Positions 7,751 to 15,743 are shown, numbered from the stretch's first letter. The stretch: DNA of 64,000 nucleotides from a virus (IMGVR_UViG_3300045988_101454:1-64000), one strand, 5' to 3'. The notes: a model not told the origin generated them from the sequence alone. Translations and numbers: made by a program.

Positions 7751-8320
7751 ATGAAGAAACTTTTTAGAATGACAATGCTGTTGGCGATGATGACGGCAGC
7801 ATGTGTAAGTATGGGCAGTTGCAGCGGCGACGACAACGAGGAACCGGAGTATGTGCCGGTGGAGTCGGCTTTTTCAAAACTTCTTAAGGAGAAGCCAGTG
7901 TATCAGTTGAATTACGGTCAGAATCACGGCAAGGGATTTTTTGCCCTATGGAGCGACGCACAGGTAGGCAATTACAAGACCGACTACTACACTATAGACA
8001 TAGTGGTCTACAATGCTCCTGCTGATGATATGTACGACGGCCGTTATCTGGTTGCAGAAGTAGGCGCTGCGGTATGGGGATGGAAAGAGCAGTGGCAGCC
8101 CGAATACAAGAAGCACGAACTAAGCACTTGGAAGAACAACCAACCCGTAAAAGGAGCCTGGGCGGAGATAAAGACTCTTGATAAGGGCGACGAATATGGA
8201 TATAAGACGTTCCGCGTAAAGCTACACGTTGACGAAATGACGGAAAAGAACGGCGATTATGCCCGCGACATCAACATTTCGTTTACAGGCCGCGATACAG
8301 GACCAATGCTTGTCAATTAA
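7751..8320 (+). CDS. lipoprotein (signal peptide plus lipobox Cys)
   Basis: MKKLFRMTMLLAMMTAACVSMGSCSGDD looks like a signal peptide with a cysteine lipobox. This is one of only two confident plus-strand genes. Confidence 0.7.
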   Translation: MKKLFRMTMLLAMMTAACVSMGSCSGDDNEEPEYVPVESAFSKLLKEKPVYQLNYGQNHGKGFFALWSDAQVGNYKTDYYTIDIVVYNAPADDMYDGRYLVAEVGAAVWGWKEQWQPEYKKHELSTWKNNQPVKGAWAEIKTLDKGDEYGYKTFRVKLHVDEMTEKNGDYARDINISFTGRDTGPMLVN

Positions 8321-8419
8321 TGCAAGCTGTCTTGCAGGAGAAAGAAAAAATATGTACCTTTGCAAAAGTATTTTATTAGAATTTCATATTCTATAAAGTA
8401 TTTAAAATGTTAAAACTTA

Positions 8420-8456
8420 AAGGCTGCTATCCGTGAGGACAGCAGCCTTATTTTTT
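8420..8456. terminator. bidirectional terminator hairpin between convergent genes
   Basis: A 9-bp stem AAGGCTGCT/AGCAGCCTT, with T6 after it on the plus strand and TAAGTTTT after it on the minus strand. Confidence 0.7.
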
Positions 8457-8468
8457 ACCTTTTTACTT

Positions 8469-8711
8469 TTAAATGCTTGCTCCAATTACCGCTCCCACAG
8501 CATCCGCAACTACGTCCTTCCAGTCAAACTCTTCTCCCGTAGCCACATCATACAGCTCCTTAAGCAGTCCTACACCCAGTGCAACAGCAGCCCCTATCAC
8601 CACACTGCCCGAGCATCGTTTCGCCACTACAGCAATGAGCGCACACGTCTCAACGTGCATCACCTTGTCCGTACCCACCTTGTCTACAATCTTTGTTACT
8701 AAATTCTCCAT
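8469..8711 (-). CDS. small membrane protein, holin candidate
   Basis: 80-aa ORF with hydrophobic segments, immediately downstream of the endolysin gene in the same operon. The function is assigned by position only. Confidence 0.5.
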   Translation of the reverse strand: MENLVTKIVDKVGTDKVMHVETCALIAVVAKRCSGSVVIGAAVALGVGLLKELYDVATGEEFDWKDVVADAVGAVIGASI

Positions 8712-8791
8712 AATTCAAAAAATGCAATTCACAATTCAAAAATCAATAACTCCTAATCGCCAAAGGCGACCAATTCCTAACTCCTAATTCG

Positions 8792-9220
8792 TCACTCCGC
8801 AAAGCGGCTTGCTTCCCACCGTCTGCGACTCTTCAGTCCTTCCAACGGTCTGCCACCTGCGTAAATCCACTTCAAGAACTCCGCCTGGATAGCAGCCACC
8901 GAAGCCTTCTTCTGAATCAGCTTAAAGAGCGTAGACCCCTTGAACGCACCCGTACCAAGGTTAAAGCAGAAATCCACACACGCATCAAAGCGTCCTTGCG
9001 ACTTACACACCTCCGGCACGGCAGACAAGAAGCTCTCAATCGGCGCAAGGTCAGCCCTCAGCCACTTCTCAGCCTTTGCCTTGTCGCACACCGTGCGAGC
9101 CGTCACACCCTTGGTATGCCCATACCCACACGTCCACACCCCAGCAGGGCATCGGTAAGCCTTAGCCCGATACCCCTCAAACTGCTTCAGTTTGTCAATC
9201 AATACGTCACTTGCTTTCAT
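8792..9220 (-). CDS. endolysin, glycoside hydrolase family 24 (phage lysozyme)
   Basis: FEGYRAKAYRCPAGVWTCGYGHT, then FCFNLGTGAFKGSTLFKL and LEGLKSRRRWE, match the GH24 lysozyme signature. Confidence 0.9.
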   Translation of the reverse strand: MKASDVLIDKLKQFEGYRAKAYRCPAGVWTCGYGHTKGVTARTVCDKAKAEKWLRADLAPIESFLSAVPEVCKSQGRFDACVDFCFNLGTGAFKGSTLFKLIQKKASVAAIQAEFLKWIYAGGRPLEGLKSRRRWEASRFAE

Positions 9221-9239
9221 AATTCAAAAATGCTTATTA

Positions 9240-9911
9240 CTAACTCCTAATAACTATCGCCCCTCGCTCCTCGTCGTAATCCACGCTAATTGCTTCGCAT
9301 CTCTCCGCTGCCTTGTTAGCTCTCTCCGTTGCCGTGTCCGCATCAGCCTTAGCCTTAACAGCGTTATCGGTAGCAGTATTAGCCTTAGCAGCAGCAGCGT
9401 CAGCCTTATCAGCCGAAGCGTTAGCCCTCTCCGTAGCCACATTCGCCTTCTCGATAGCCTCGTTTGCCCCCGTTATCAGGTTGCCAAGTTCTACGGTAGG
9501 AGGCAGCACCACAACAGCCGTGTCCATCTCCACGCTGTCCTCACCTTCTTGCGGTTCGAACACCGTATCACCCTGGGCATTGTTGTCAACAAGCATTATC
9601 TGTTCATACTCATTGCTTCGCCACGAGGAACCGAACAGCTTGCCCTTCACCTCAAGGGCATACGCGCCAAGAGCCATTTCCGAGCTTTGCACCCTCACCT
9701 CAAGCAGCGAGTCATCCTCCACGCCTATCGTATGCGCCATTCTTCTTCGGCGGAACGCATTAACAAGATTTACCTCCACCTCCTCGCAAGCAGGCAATGG
9801 AAACTTCTCCGCCTCTCCGCCCACAATCTTCCTTACCGGCACTCGCAACGTAAAATCGTTACCTCTTACTATCTTCTTCATAAAAGTCTGTTTTTTTAAT
9901 TCAAAACTCAA
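9240..9911 (-). CDS. tail-fibre-associated protein with Ala/Asn-rich coiled-coil segment
   Basis: 223-aa ORF; the start may instead be the ATG at 9881 (MKKIVRG). It has an ANEAIEKANVATERANASADKADAAAAKANTATDNAVKAKADADTATERANKAAE segment like the N-terminus of the DGR target. It ends GAIVIRS with a TAG-TAA tandem stop. Confidence 0.65.
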   Translation of the reverse strand: MSFELKKQTFMKKIVRGNDFTLRVPVRKIVGGEAEKFPLPACEEVEVNLVNAFRRRRMAHTIGVEDDSLLEVRVQSSEMALGAYALEVKGKLFGSSWRSNEYEQIMLVDNNAQGDTVFEPQEGEDSVEMDTAVVVLPPTVELGNLITGANEAIEKANVATERANASADKADAAAAKANTATDNAVKAKADADTATERANKAAERCEAISVDYDEERGAIVIRS

Positions 9912-9970
9912 AATTCAAAAAACTCAAAATTGAATAATTTCTAATCGGCACCGCCGACAATTCCTAATTC

Positions 9971-10246
9971 CTAACTCCTAATTACTATTGCTCCTTTCTC
10001 CTCGTCAAACCCAATGTCAACCATACTCACCTTCTGTATCTGTGCCACCCACTCGTCACGAGTACCCGTATATCCACCAGCCTTCGCCACGTCATACGCG
10101 TCCTCGCCACGGAAGTCAGCACCCTCAACACGATAGCACTCCTGCGAGCCATCCTCCTTCGGACGGATAAGCAGCAGCGTGTCACCCGTCAGCACCTTGT
10201 CAGCCTTCGGCAGACTCAGCACATCAATAGTCTCAATACTTGCCAT
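9971..10246 (-). CDS. hypothetical protein sharing a C-terminal motif with 9240..9911
   Basis: 91-aa ORF ending DEEKGAIVIRS-TAG, compared with DEERGAIVIRS-TAG in the neighbouring gene. Confidence 0.55.
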   Translation of the reverse strand: MASIETIDVLSLPKADKVLTGDTLLLIRPKEDGSQECYRVEGADFRGEDAYDVAKAGGYTGTRDEWVAQIQKVSMVDIGFDEEKGAIVIRS

Positions 10247-10262
10247 AATCTTAATCGTTTTA

Positions 10263-10736
10263 TTAGATGTTACACCAATAAGTACACAATACCAACAAAA
10301 TGGCTGTCATCTCCGCCACAAACCAAGGCTTGTCGTCCTTGTCTCTGCAAACCCAATACACACCGTAAAGGCCCATAGCAGCCATCGTCAGCTTAATATC
10401 TACCGTCAAGCACCAACTTACACTCGCAACGGCACTAACAACAGCTGCTCCCTTATGAAGTCTCCGCTCGCTCTCGTCCAAGAACCTTGGCGCAGAGCCT
10501 ACGAACATCAGTCCGGCACAGGCAATGAACGCAAGACATTGCTCGCCTAATCCACTGTCAAGCAAGCACATCATCATGGTTGCGCCAAACGCAATCATCA
10601 ACAACTGGAATACCCAACCTCTCTTGCCAAGCAAGTAGTATATGCTGCTCACCATCTCAGGCACTCCATACTTGTAAGTCACTACGCAAAGCATCGCAAA
10701 GAACAGCAATGCCGCAATAAAGCTCAATGCTATCAT
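10263..10736 (-). CDS. integral membrane protein (4-5 TM)
   Basis: 157-aa ORF that is hydrophobic throughout. Confidence 0.6.
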   Translation of the reverse strand: MIALSFIAALLFFAMLCVVTYKYGVPEMVSSIYYLLGKRGWVFQLLMIAFGATMMMCLLDSGLGEQCLAFIACAGLMFVGSAPRFLDESERRLHKGAAVVSAVASVSWCLTVDIKLTMAAMGLYGVYWVCRDKDDKPWFVAEMTAILLVLCTYWCNI

Positions 10737-10750
10737 AATCTTTTACTTTT

Positions 10751-11335
10751 TCAAACGTTCATCATCAGCACATCCGGGTACCCCTCCTTATAGTCGTACC
10801 CTAACACACTCTCCACCGTACTCATTTCGCTTACAGCTTTCTTATGTGCCGCCGTGACGTTGAAACACTCCAGGGCATACATCTCCAATGCCGACAGCAG
10901 CTGTATCGCCTTGTCGCACTCCACTACCAACTTCACATCGCCAAGCCACAGCGTAGTAGTCGGCTGTCCCATCGCCTTTGCGATTGTTGTAGAGTTCATC
11001 AGACCTACACGTGTCGCCTTGTCGAGCCACACACGCTGTCCGTTGAGGATAAAGCCATTAACGGCAGATGAAGTGTCGTGCTTATCAATCTCTGCAAGCA
11101 CCATCTTCTGTGCCGCAGCAGTAAGCGCAGCCTCCGAAGTCATGCCGCCCGTCTCCAGGCGCACACCGTCATACACCCACACCTTGCGCACCACCGCTTC
11201 GGTAGTCGCCAATCCGTTCTCGCCAGGCATACCACCCGAAATCTCCGTCTCCTCCTTGCCGTTGATAAGCAACAGTACAACACCATCGCCAACAGTCAGT
11301 CTTGGCTGTGCCTCGTCAAAATAATACTTCTCCAT
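10751..11335 (-). CDS. hypothetical protein downstream of the RT
   Basis: 194-aa ORF. There is a weak impression of a tail-fibre-accessory type protein, and it does not look like Avd. Confidence 0.55.
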   Translation of the reverse strand: MEKYYFDEAQPRLTVGDGVVLLLINGKEETEISGGMPGENGLATTEAVVRKVWVYDGVRLETGGMTSEAALTAAAQKMVLAEIDKHDTSSAVNGFILNGQRVWLDKATRVGLMNSTTIAKAMGQPTTTLWLGDVKLVVECDKAIQLLSALEMYALECFNVTAAHKKAVSEMSTVESVLGYDYKEGYPDVLMMNV

Positions 11336-11388
11336 AATCTTTAAATTTTAAGAATTTATCCATTTTTACTCTTTTACCTTTTTACTTT

Positions 11389-12768
11389 TCAAATGTACTT
11401 CATCTGATTCGTTGAGCCCTCAAAGATATATCCGCACTCGTCCACAATCCTCACGTCCTCCAACGGCAGCAAGTTCTTCTTGCCATACTCCTGCTCCGCC
11501 GTCACCATCCAAGCCACGATACCCATCATGCCGCCGTGTACCTCCCTTGCCACAGTCTTGCCTGTCAGTTCTCCGTCGTCGGTCACTTCCGGCATACCTA
11601 TCAGCATCTTTATCCAGTTAGGCTCACCCGTCTTCTCGCTCTTGCGTATCTCGTAGTCAAAGACAGTAAACACCTGTCCGCTACGTGCCAGTTCCAGTGG
11701 CTTGATATTCGGAGCGTCCATCTTGCGGTCTATGCGTATCTTCTTTGTCAGTTCTCGTAGCTTCATATCTTTCTCAATTTTTACCATCTCTCCGAATCCG
11801 TCCGTATGGCGCATTAGTCCAAAGTAACTGCCCCAGGAATTGTCGTTGTCGCACATCCTCGCTCTCAGCAACGTATCTTTGCGTATAAGGCAAAATCCTT
11901 TGTTCGGGTCTGTCACGCTCTTGTCGGCGTTGCGTATAACTCTGTAGCCGCAGAAGTCAAGCCCTCGCTTGTCGTTGAGACTCGTCACCCTCGTGTCGCC
12001 ACGCTTAGCCCTTATGTCAAGTTCATACCACCAATATTGTCTTATCCGCCACTTCATCTGCTGTGCTTCTGCTCTCGTCCTACAAGCCACCATGCAGTTA
12101 TCGGCATAGCACAGCCGCCATTCAGTGTTTTGGCATAGCCATTCGTGAAATCTCAGCATCAGTATATGGTGAGCAAGCGGACTCGTCGGTGTGCCTACAG
12201 GCAGTTGTCCGTCAACAAAGCACAGCTCTACGGCAAAGTCTATCAGCCACTTGTCGCCAATAAGATATTTCAGTTCCTTACGCAGCATGCTCGGCTTCAC
12301 GTGCATATAGCATTGTCGTTGGTCGGCTGTAACTATCCAGTCCATCTCCCGCAGGTCGTAGAATAGATGTTTCACTCTCGGCAGCACATAGTTGCTTTTC
12401 AGTTCCTTGTGCTTCGCCGATGGTGTTATGCCACACCCTTCCTTGCAGTTGAGCGACACCAATGGGTCACGTCTACGATATATCGGCTCCAGTTTGTTCT
12501 TCAGCAAGTGTTCATACACTAAAGTTCTAAACGAAGGAGCGTCGATGTGCCTCACCTTCTTGTTGTTGTTCACCTTGGTCAGCTTACGATATTCGATGTC
12601 CTTACGCCAACTTCCATCTTTGAGATGTTGTTTAATACTTGCGCATAGCCCGTCTACATCCTTCAATGCCTCCTTCACCTCGGGTCGTTTCTTTCTGCCT
12701 TTTGCGGCACTCCACACAGCCTTTTCGTAATCGCCGGCAGTGAATGGTATGTAATTGGGTCTATGCAC
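11389..12768 (-). CDS. reverse transcriptase of a diversity-generating retroelement (atypical)
   Basis: RT motifs are visible in order: RHIDAPSFRTLVYEHLL, SLNCKEGCG, TADQRQCYMHV, LPVGTPTSPLAHH, LCYADNCMV and GLDFCGYRV. The gene lies directly 3' of a TR/VR pair. It apparently uses a GTG start and encodes 459 aa. Confidence 0.85.
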   Translation of the reverse strand: MHRPNYIPFTAGDYEKAVWSAAKGRKKRPEVKEALKDVDGLCASIKQHLKDGSWRKDIEYRKLTKVNNNKKVRHIDAPSFRTLVYEHLLKNKLEPIYRRRDPLVSLNCKEGCGITPSAKHKELKSNYVLPRVKHLFYDLREMDWIVTADQRQCYMHVKPSMLRKELKYLIGDKWLIDFAVELCFVDGQLPVGTPTSPLAHHILMLRFHEWLCQNTEWRLCYADNCMVACRTRAEAQQMKWRIRQYWWYELDIRAKRGDTRVTSLNDKRGLDFCGYRVIRNADKSVTDPNKGFCLIRKDTLLRARMCDNDNSWGSYFGLMRHTDGFGEMVKIEKDMKLRELTKKIRIDRKMDAPNIKPLELARSGQVFTVFDYEIRKSEKTGEPNWIKMLIGMPEVTDDGELTGKTVAREVHGGMMGIVAWMVTAEQEYGKKNLLPLEDVRIVDECGYIFEGSTNQMKYI

Positions 12769-12951
12769 GTTTGTTATATATGTTTTTATGCGGATTTCTC
12801 CGCTGTTGATATTCAGTGTCGGGCTAAAAAGTTGACGGAACTGTCTGTCCGTCAGAATGTCTCTCGGTCACGTCCGCTGCATCACGTACAGCCATCGTGC
12901 TACGCTCACATCCCTTGTCTTTGATAATCTCTGCTTCTCCTGAGCGAGAGT

Positions 12952-13115
12952 GGTGTTCCCGTGTTCTTAGTTCTGCATCTTTTATGATGCCCGACGTTGG
13001 GCAGAACCGCCATTATTCACGTTCGAGTTATTGACCGCATTGTTCGCATTGAGGTAGCGAGCTGAACAATTCGCATTATTCGCATTGCCACGAAAACGCA
13101 AGGCTCGGGAACACC
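12952..13115 (-). promoter_or_regulatory. 10-bp perfect inverted repeat bracketing the TR
   Basis: GGTGTTCCCG at 12952-12961 is the reverse complement of CGGGAACACC at 13106-13115. The latter starts at the first base after the TR/VR homology ends. Confidence 0.6.
12998..13105 (-). repeat. DGR template repeat (TR)
   Basis: 108 bp matching 13348-13455 at an offset of +350. All 12 differences are T on the plus strand, which is A on the coding strand. In the target frame the TR reads ALRFRGNANNANCSARYLNANNAVNNSNVNNGGSAQ. Confidence 0.9.
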
Positions 13116-13274
13116 AACCTCTTTAGCCATCATCTATATGGATGGCATCACCTCTCATGCAGGCTTCAGAGGCTTCGGCCCTCATGCCGAGCTTGTCCTG
13201 GTTTTGAGGAAATAGATTGTCTTTCTTCATCTTTCCTAATTCTTAACTTTTAACTCCTAACGTAACTCCAAAAT

Positions 13275-13298
13275 GGGCCCCGGTTGCACCGGGTGCCC
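13275..13298 (-). promoter_or_regulatory. GC-rich hairpin downstream of the VR (DGR target-recognition hairpin and/or terminator)
   Basis: GGGCC-CCGG-TTGCA-CCGG-GTGCCC forms a 9-bp stem with a 1-nt bulge. On the minus strand it is followed by ATTTTGG. It lies about 30 nt after the target stop codon. Confidence 0.5.
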
Positions 13299-13328
13299 AC
13301 GTTGCACGAAGTTGCACTTGGCTGCGCC

Positions 13329-15743
13329 CTATTGCACGATGCGACACTGGGCAGAACCGCCACTAGACACGCCCGAGTTATTGACCGCATGGTCCGCATC
13401 GAGGTAGCGAGCTGAACAATACGCATTAAGCGCATCGCCACGAAAACGCAAGGCTATGCGGGCACGCTGGTCAATGGTAGACGACCAGTAAGGGTATATG
13501 TCACCATAGTAGCACTGCCAGTTGGCGAGGTTGCCTCCTATCTCCACAGGCCACGGAGTAAAGCCTTTTCGGTTCTTTATGTAGCTGTTTGTCAACATAG
13601 GCGGACCGAAGGTACCAATCTTGCTGTATGCCTTTTCAAAGCCGAAGGTGCCGAGGTTGTTTCTTGTCGAGTCTGTCTCGTATGCCCACTTCTTCTGCTC
13701 AGGCTCAAGGTATATGTCGGAGAAGTTTACCTTCGCACGGTCAACAACGCTCGATGCGTTCGACTTGCAGGTGCCTACAATCTCACAGCCGCCGCCCCAA
13801 TAGGCCAAAATGTCTCCAACGATGTTCATACCTTGAATAAGGCTCATTCTCAGACTTAGCTCAAGGTCGTAGGTAGCCAATGTCTCGGCATCCTTATAGC
13901 CCTTGCAAGTGCCTGTCTTTTTACGGTATACTTTGCAGTTCATCAAGCCGTCTGCCAAGCCCTTCACACCTGTTATGTTCTTGTAGTGGTACATCACGCC
14001 GTACGCCTCGTATTCTGTGTCCTCGGCTATGCCAAACTCCGCTGCCCACGATGCCGCCATCTGACTCTCCATGCACTGTTCCTTCGGGCGGTAAAGGTTT
14101 ATGAAGTACGAGAAGTTCTGCTTCTCCATCTTGGCGTTGCAACCAAATGGCGTTGTCTGGTTAAACGGACGGTAAACCCAATCCTCGGTGCCTTGCTCCC
14201 TTGTCCTCACACCGCCATTGTTCAACCACGTGTCCTCATTGCTACAGCTGTCGTTAGACGATATGCCAGAGCCAAACAATCGGTTGTCGTGCAAATACTT
14301 TGTACCGTACAGCAGCTCCATACACATGATAAAGGTGTTGATAATATGATAACCGCCCTCTGCAAACGGCAGCGGCATTTTCGGGTCTGTATTATTGGCA
14401 CGGGCGTACTTCATGGTTGATATTTGGCTCATATCAGATACGCGAGGATATGTTCTGCCGTCGTTCACGTATATAGCGCACATCTCCTCTCCGTAGGCGC
14501 TTGCTCCGTTCGTGGTGTTTGGGTCTTTTACCGCATACGCAAAGAAGAAGTTGCGTGTCTTGTTGCCAACGGTCGTCACTGGGCATGGCGCCAGGGCTGT
14601 GCCAAGCAACGGAAACTTGCCAGTGTTGATGCCGTCATACTTCATCGGACGCTTGAACACTCCCGACAACACCTTGCCGCTCTCGCCAGTCTGACGGTCT
14701 ACGGGATAGATAGTGTCGTAGCGACCAATCAGCACCGAATACTTGGTATCTGTAGTCTCCCAAGGCAGCAACTGACGCACCTTGTTACCCTCTCCGTCGT
14801 ACAAGTCCACCAAGCCGAGCGAGTTGTACACCTCGGCAGCGTCATACGGATGCGCACCTGTCTTGTCCGTTACAACCACGCCGTTCTTCAATGTCAGCAT
14901 CTGTGTATGCTCCGCATCGGTATAGAGTTGTATATCACAAGCGGTACGCATCTCCTCAGTAATGCCCACGGTAGGAGCAAACGCACCCGTCACAAAGCGG
15001 AAGTGATTGTTGTCCATCAACTGACCTACAGGGTGTGTACCCTCGCCCGTGTTGTCGGTATGGTCGATAAGGAACGGATGCCAGTCGCCCAACACCTCCT
15101 TGTTGCCCTTGCCGTTCTTAAACTTAGGGCCGCCCGTCACCTCGTCGTTCTCGGCAACGTAGTAGTCCTTAACGTTCTCCTTCAGCTCCGCAATCTCCGC
15201 CGTGTTCTGCTCCACCTGCTTCGCCATCTCTGTTGCCGCAGCCTGCGACACCAGCTCCAACGATTTCTCGGCTCCAGTTCTGTCCGTCACCTTCAGAATA
15301 TTGTCGTCACCAAGCACAGCGTTCACCTTCTCGGCGGCAGCGGTAGCGTCGTTAGCCGCAGTCGTTGCAGCCTGTGCCGCCGATGTAGCGGCGTTGGCAG
15401 CCTTCGTAGCCTGGTTTGCCTCGCCAACAGCCGCCACCGTCGCCGTCTTGGCATCCATTGCCGCTTGAGCCGCTTTGTTGGCGGTAGTCGCAGCAGCATT
15501 AGCAGCCACCGTCGCAGCAGCCGCCAGGCTCTCCGCCTCGCTAAGGTCGATGCACTTGTTCCACCACGCAGTGTCCGTAAGCTGATGTCCCACGTTCTTG
15601 CCCGTCGCAGCGTCCACCTTAACGCTCACCCACACTGCCTTGCCGTCGCTAATGTAGTCAAGCCTCTCATACTCCCTCTCTGCCGACCATTCCGACCCTG
15701 CCGGAGTCAGCACAACCTTAATTACTTGCTCGTTGTTTGCCAT
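13329..15743 (-). CDS. DGR target protein; putative receptor-binding tail fibre with a variable C-terminal domain
   Basis: 804-aa ORF with an Ala/Thr/Asn-rich coiled-coil N-terminal region typical of fibres. The VR is at its extreme C-terminus. The stop codon is TAG at 13329-13331. Confidence 0.85.
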   Translation of the reverse strand: MANNEQVIKVVLTPAGSEWSAEREYERLDYISDGKAVWVSVKVDAATGKNVGHQLTDTAWWNKCIDLSEAESLAAAATVAANAAATTANKAAQAAMDAKTATVAAVGEANQATKAANAATSAAQAATTAANDATAAAEKVNAVLGDDNILKVTDRTGAEKSLELVSQAAATEMAKQVEQNTAEIAELKENVKDYYVAENDEVTGGPKFKNGKGNKEVLGDWHPFLIDHTDNTGEGTHPVGQLMDNNHFRFVTGAFAPTVGITEEMRTACDIQLYTDAEHTQMLTLKNGVVVTDKTGAHPYDAAEVYNSLGLVDLYDGEGNKVRQLLPWETTDTKYSVLIGRYDTIYPVDRQTGESGKVLSGVFKRPMKYDGINTGKFPLLGTALAPCPVTTVGNKTRNFFFAYAVKDPNTTNGASAYGEEMCAIYVNDGRTYPRVSDMSQISTMKYARANNTDPKMPLPFAEGGYHIINTFIMCMELLYGTKYLHDNRLFGSGISSNDSCSNEDTWLNNGGVRTREQGTEDWVYRPFNQTTPFGCNAKMEKQNFSYFINLYRPKEQCMESQMAASWAAEFGIAEDTEYEAYGVMYHYKNITGVKGLADGLMNCKVYRKKTGTCKGYKDAETLATYDLELSLRMSLIQGMNIVGDILAYWGGGCEIVGTCKSNASSVVDRAKVNFSDIYLEPEQKKWAYETDSTRNNLGTFGFEKAYSKIGTFGPPMLTNSYIKNRKGFTPWPVEIGGNLANWQCYYGDIYPYWSSTIDQRARIALRFRGDALNAYCSARYLDADHAVNNSGVSSGGSAQCRIVQ
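13348..13455 (-). repeat. DGR variable repeat (VR), 3' end of the target gene
   Basis: Encodes ALRFRGDALNAYCSARYLDADHAVNNSGVSSGGSAQ, which is residues -41 to -6 from the C-terminus of the 804-aa ORF. Confidence 0.9.

Larger units (their letters stand above)
11389..15743 (-). mobile_element. diversity-generating retroelement cassette (target-VR, TR, RT)
   Basis: On the minus strand the order is target gene with 3' VR, then the TR 242 bp downstream of the VR, a 229-bp spacer, and the RT. TR/VR divergence is specific to adenines. Confidence 0.85.

Noticed and set aside
8346-8456. An ~90-nt plus-strand small RNA between a palindromic TACCTTTGCAAAAGTA box and the terminator at 8420-8456
   Set aside because: The promoter-like sequence is a palindrome that could arise by chance in this AT-rich spacer. 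The hairpin is already explained as the shared terminator of the two convergent genes. There is no independent support.
13250-13441. 63-aa minus-strand ORF overlapping the VR
   Set aside because: It is an alternative frame of the target gene's 3' end and the downstream hairpin region. It is fully explained by the 804-aa ORF and the DGR cis elements.
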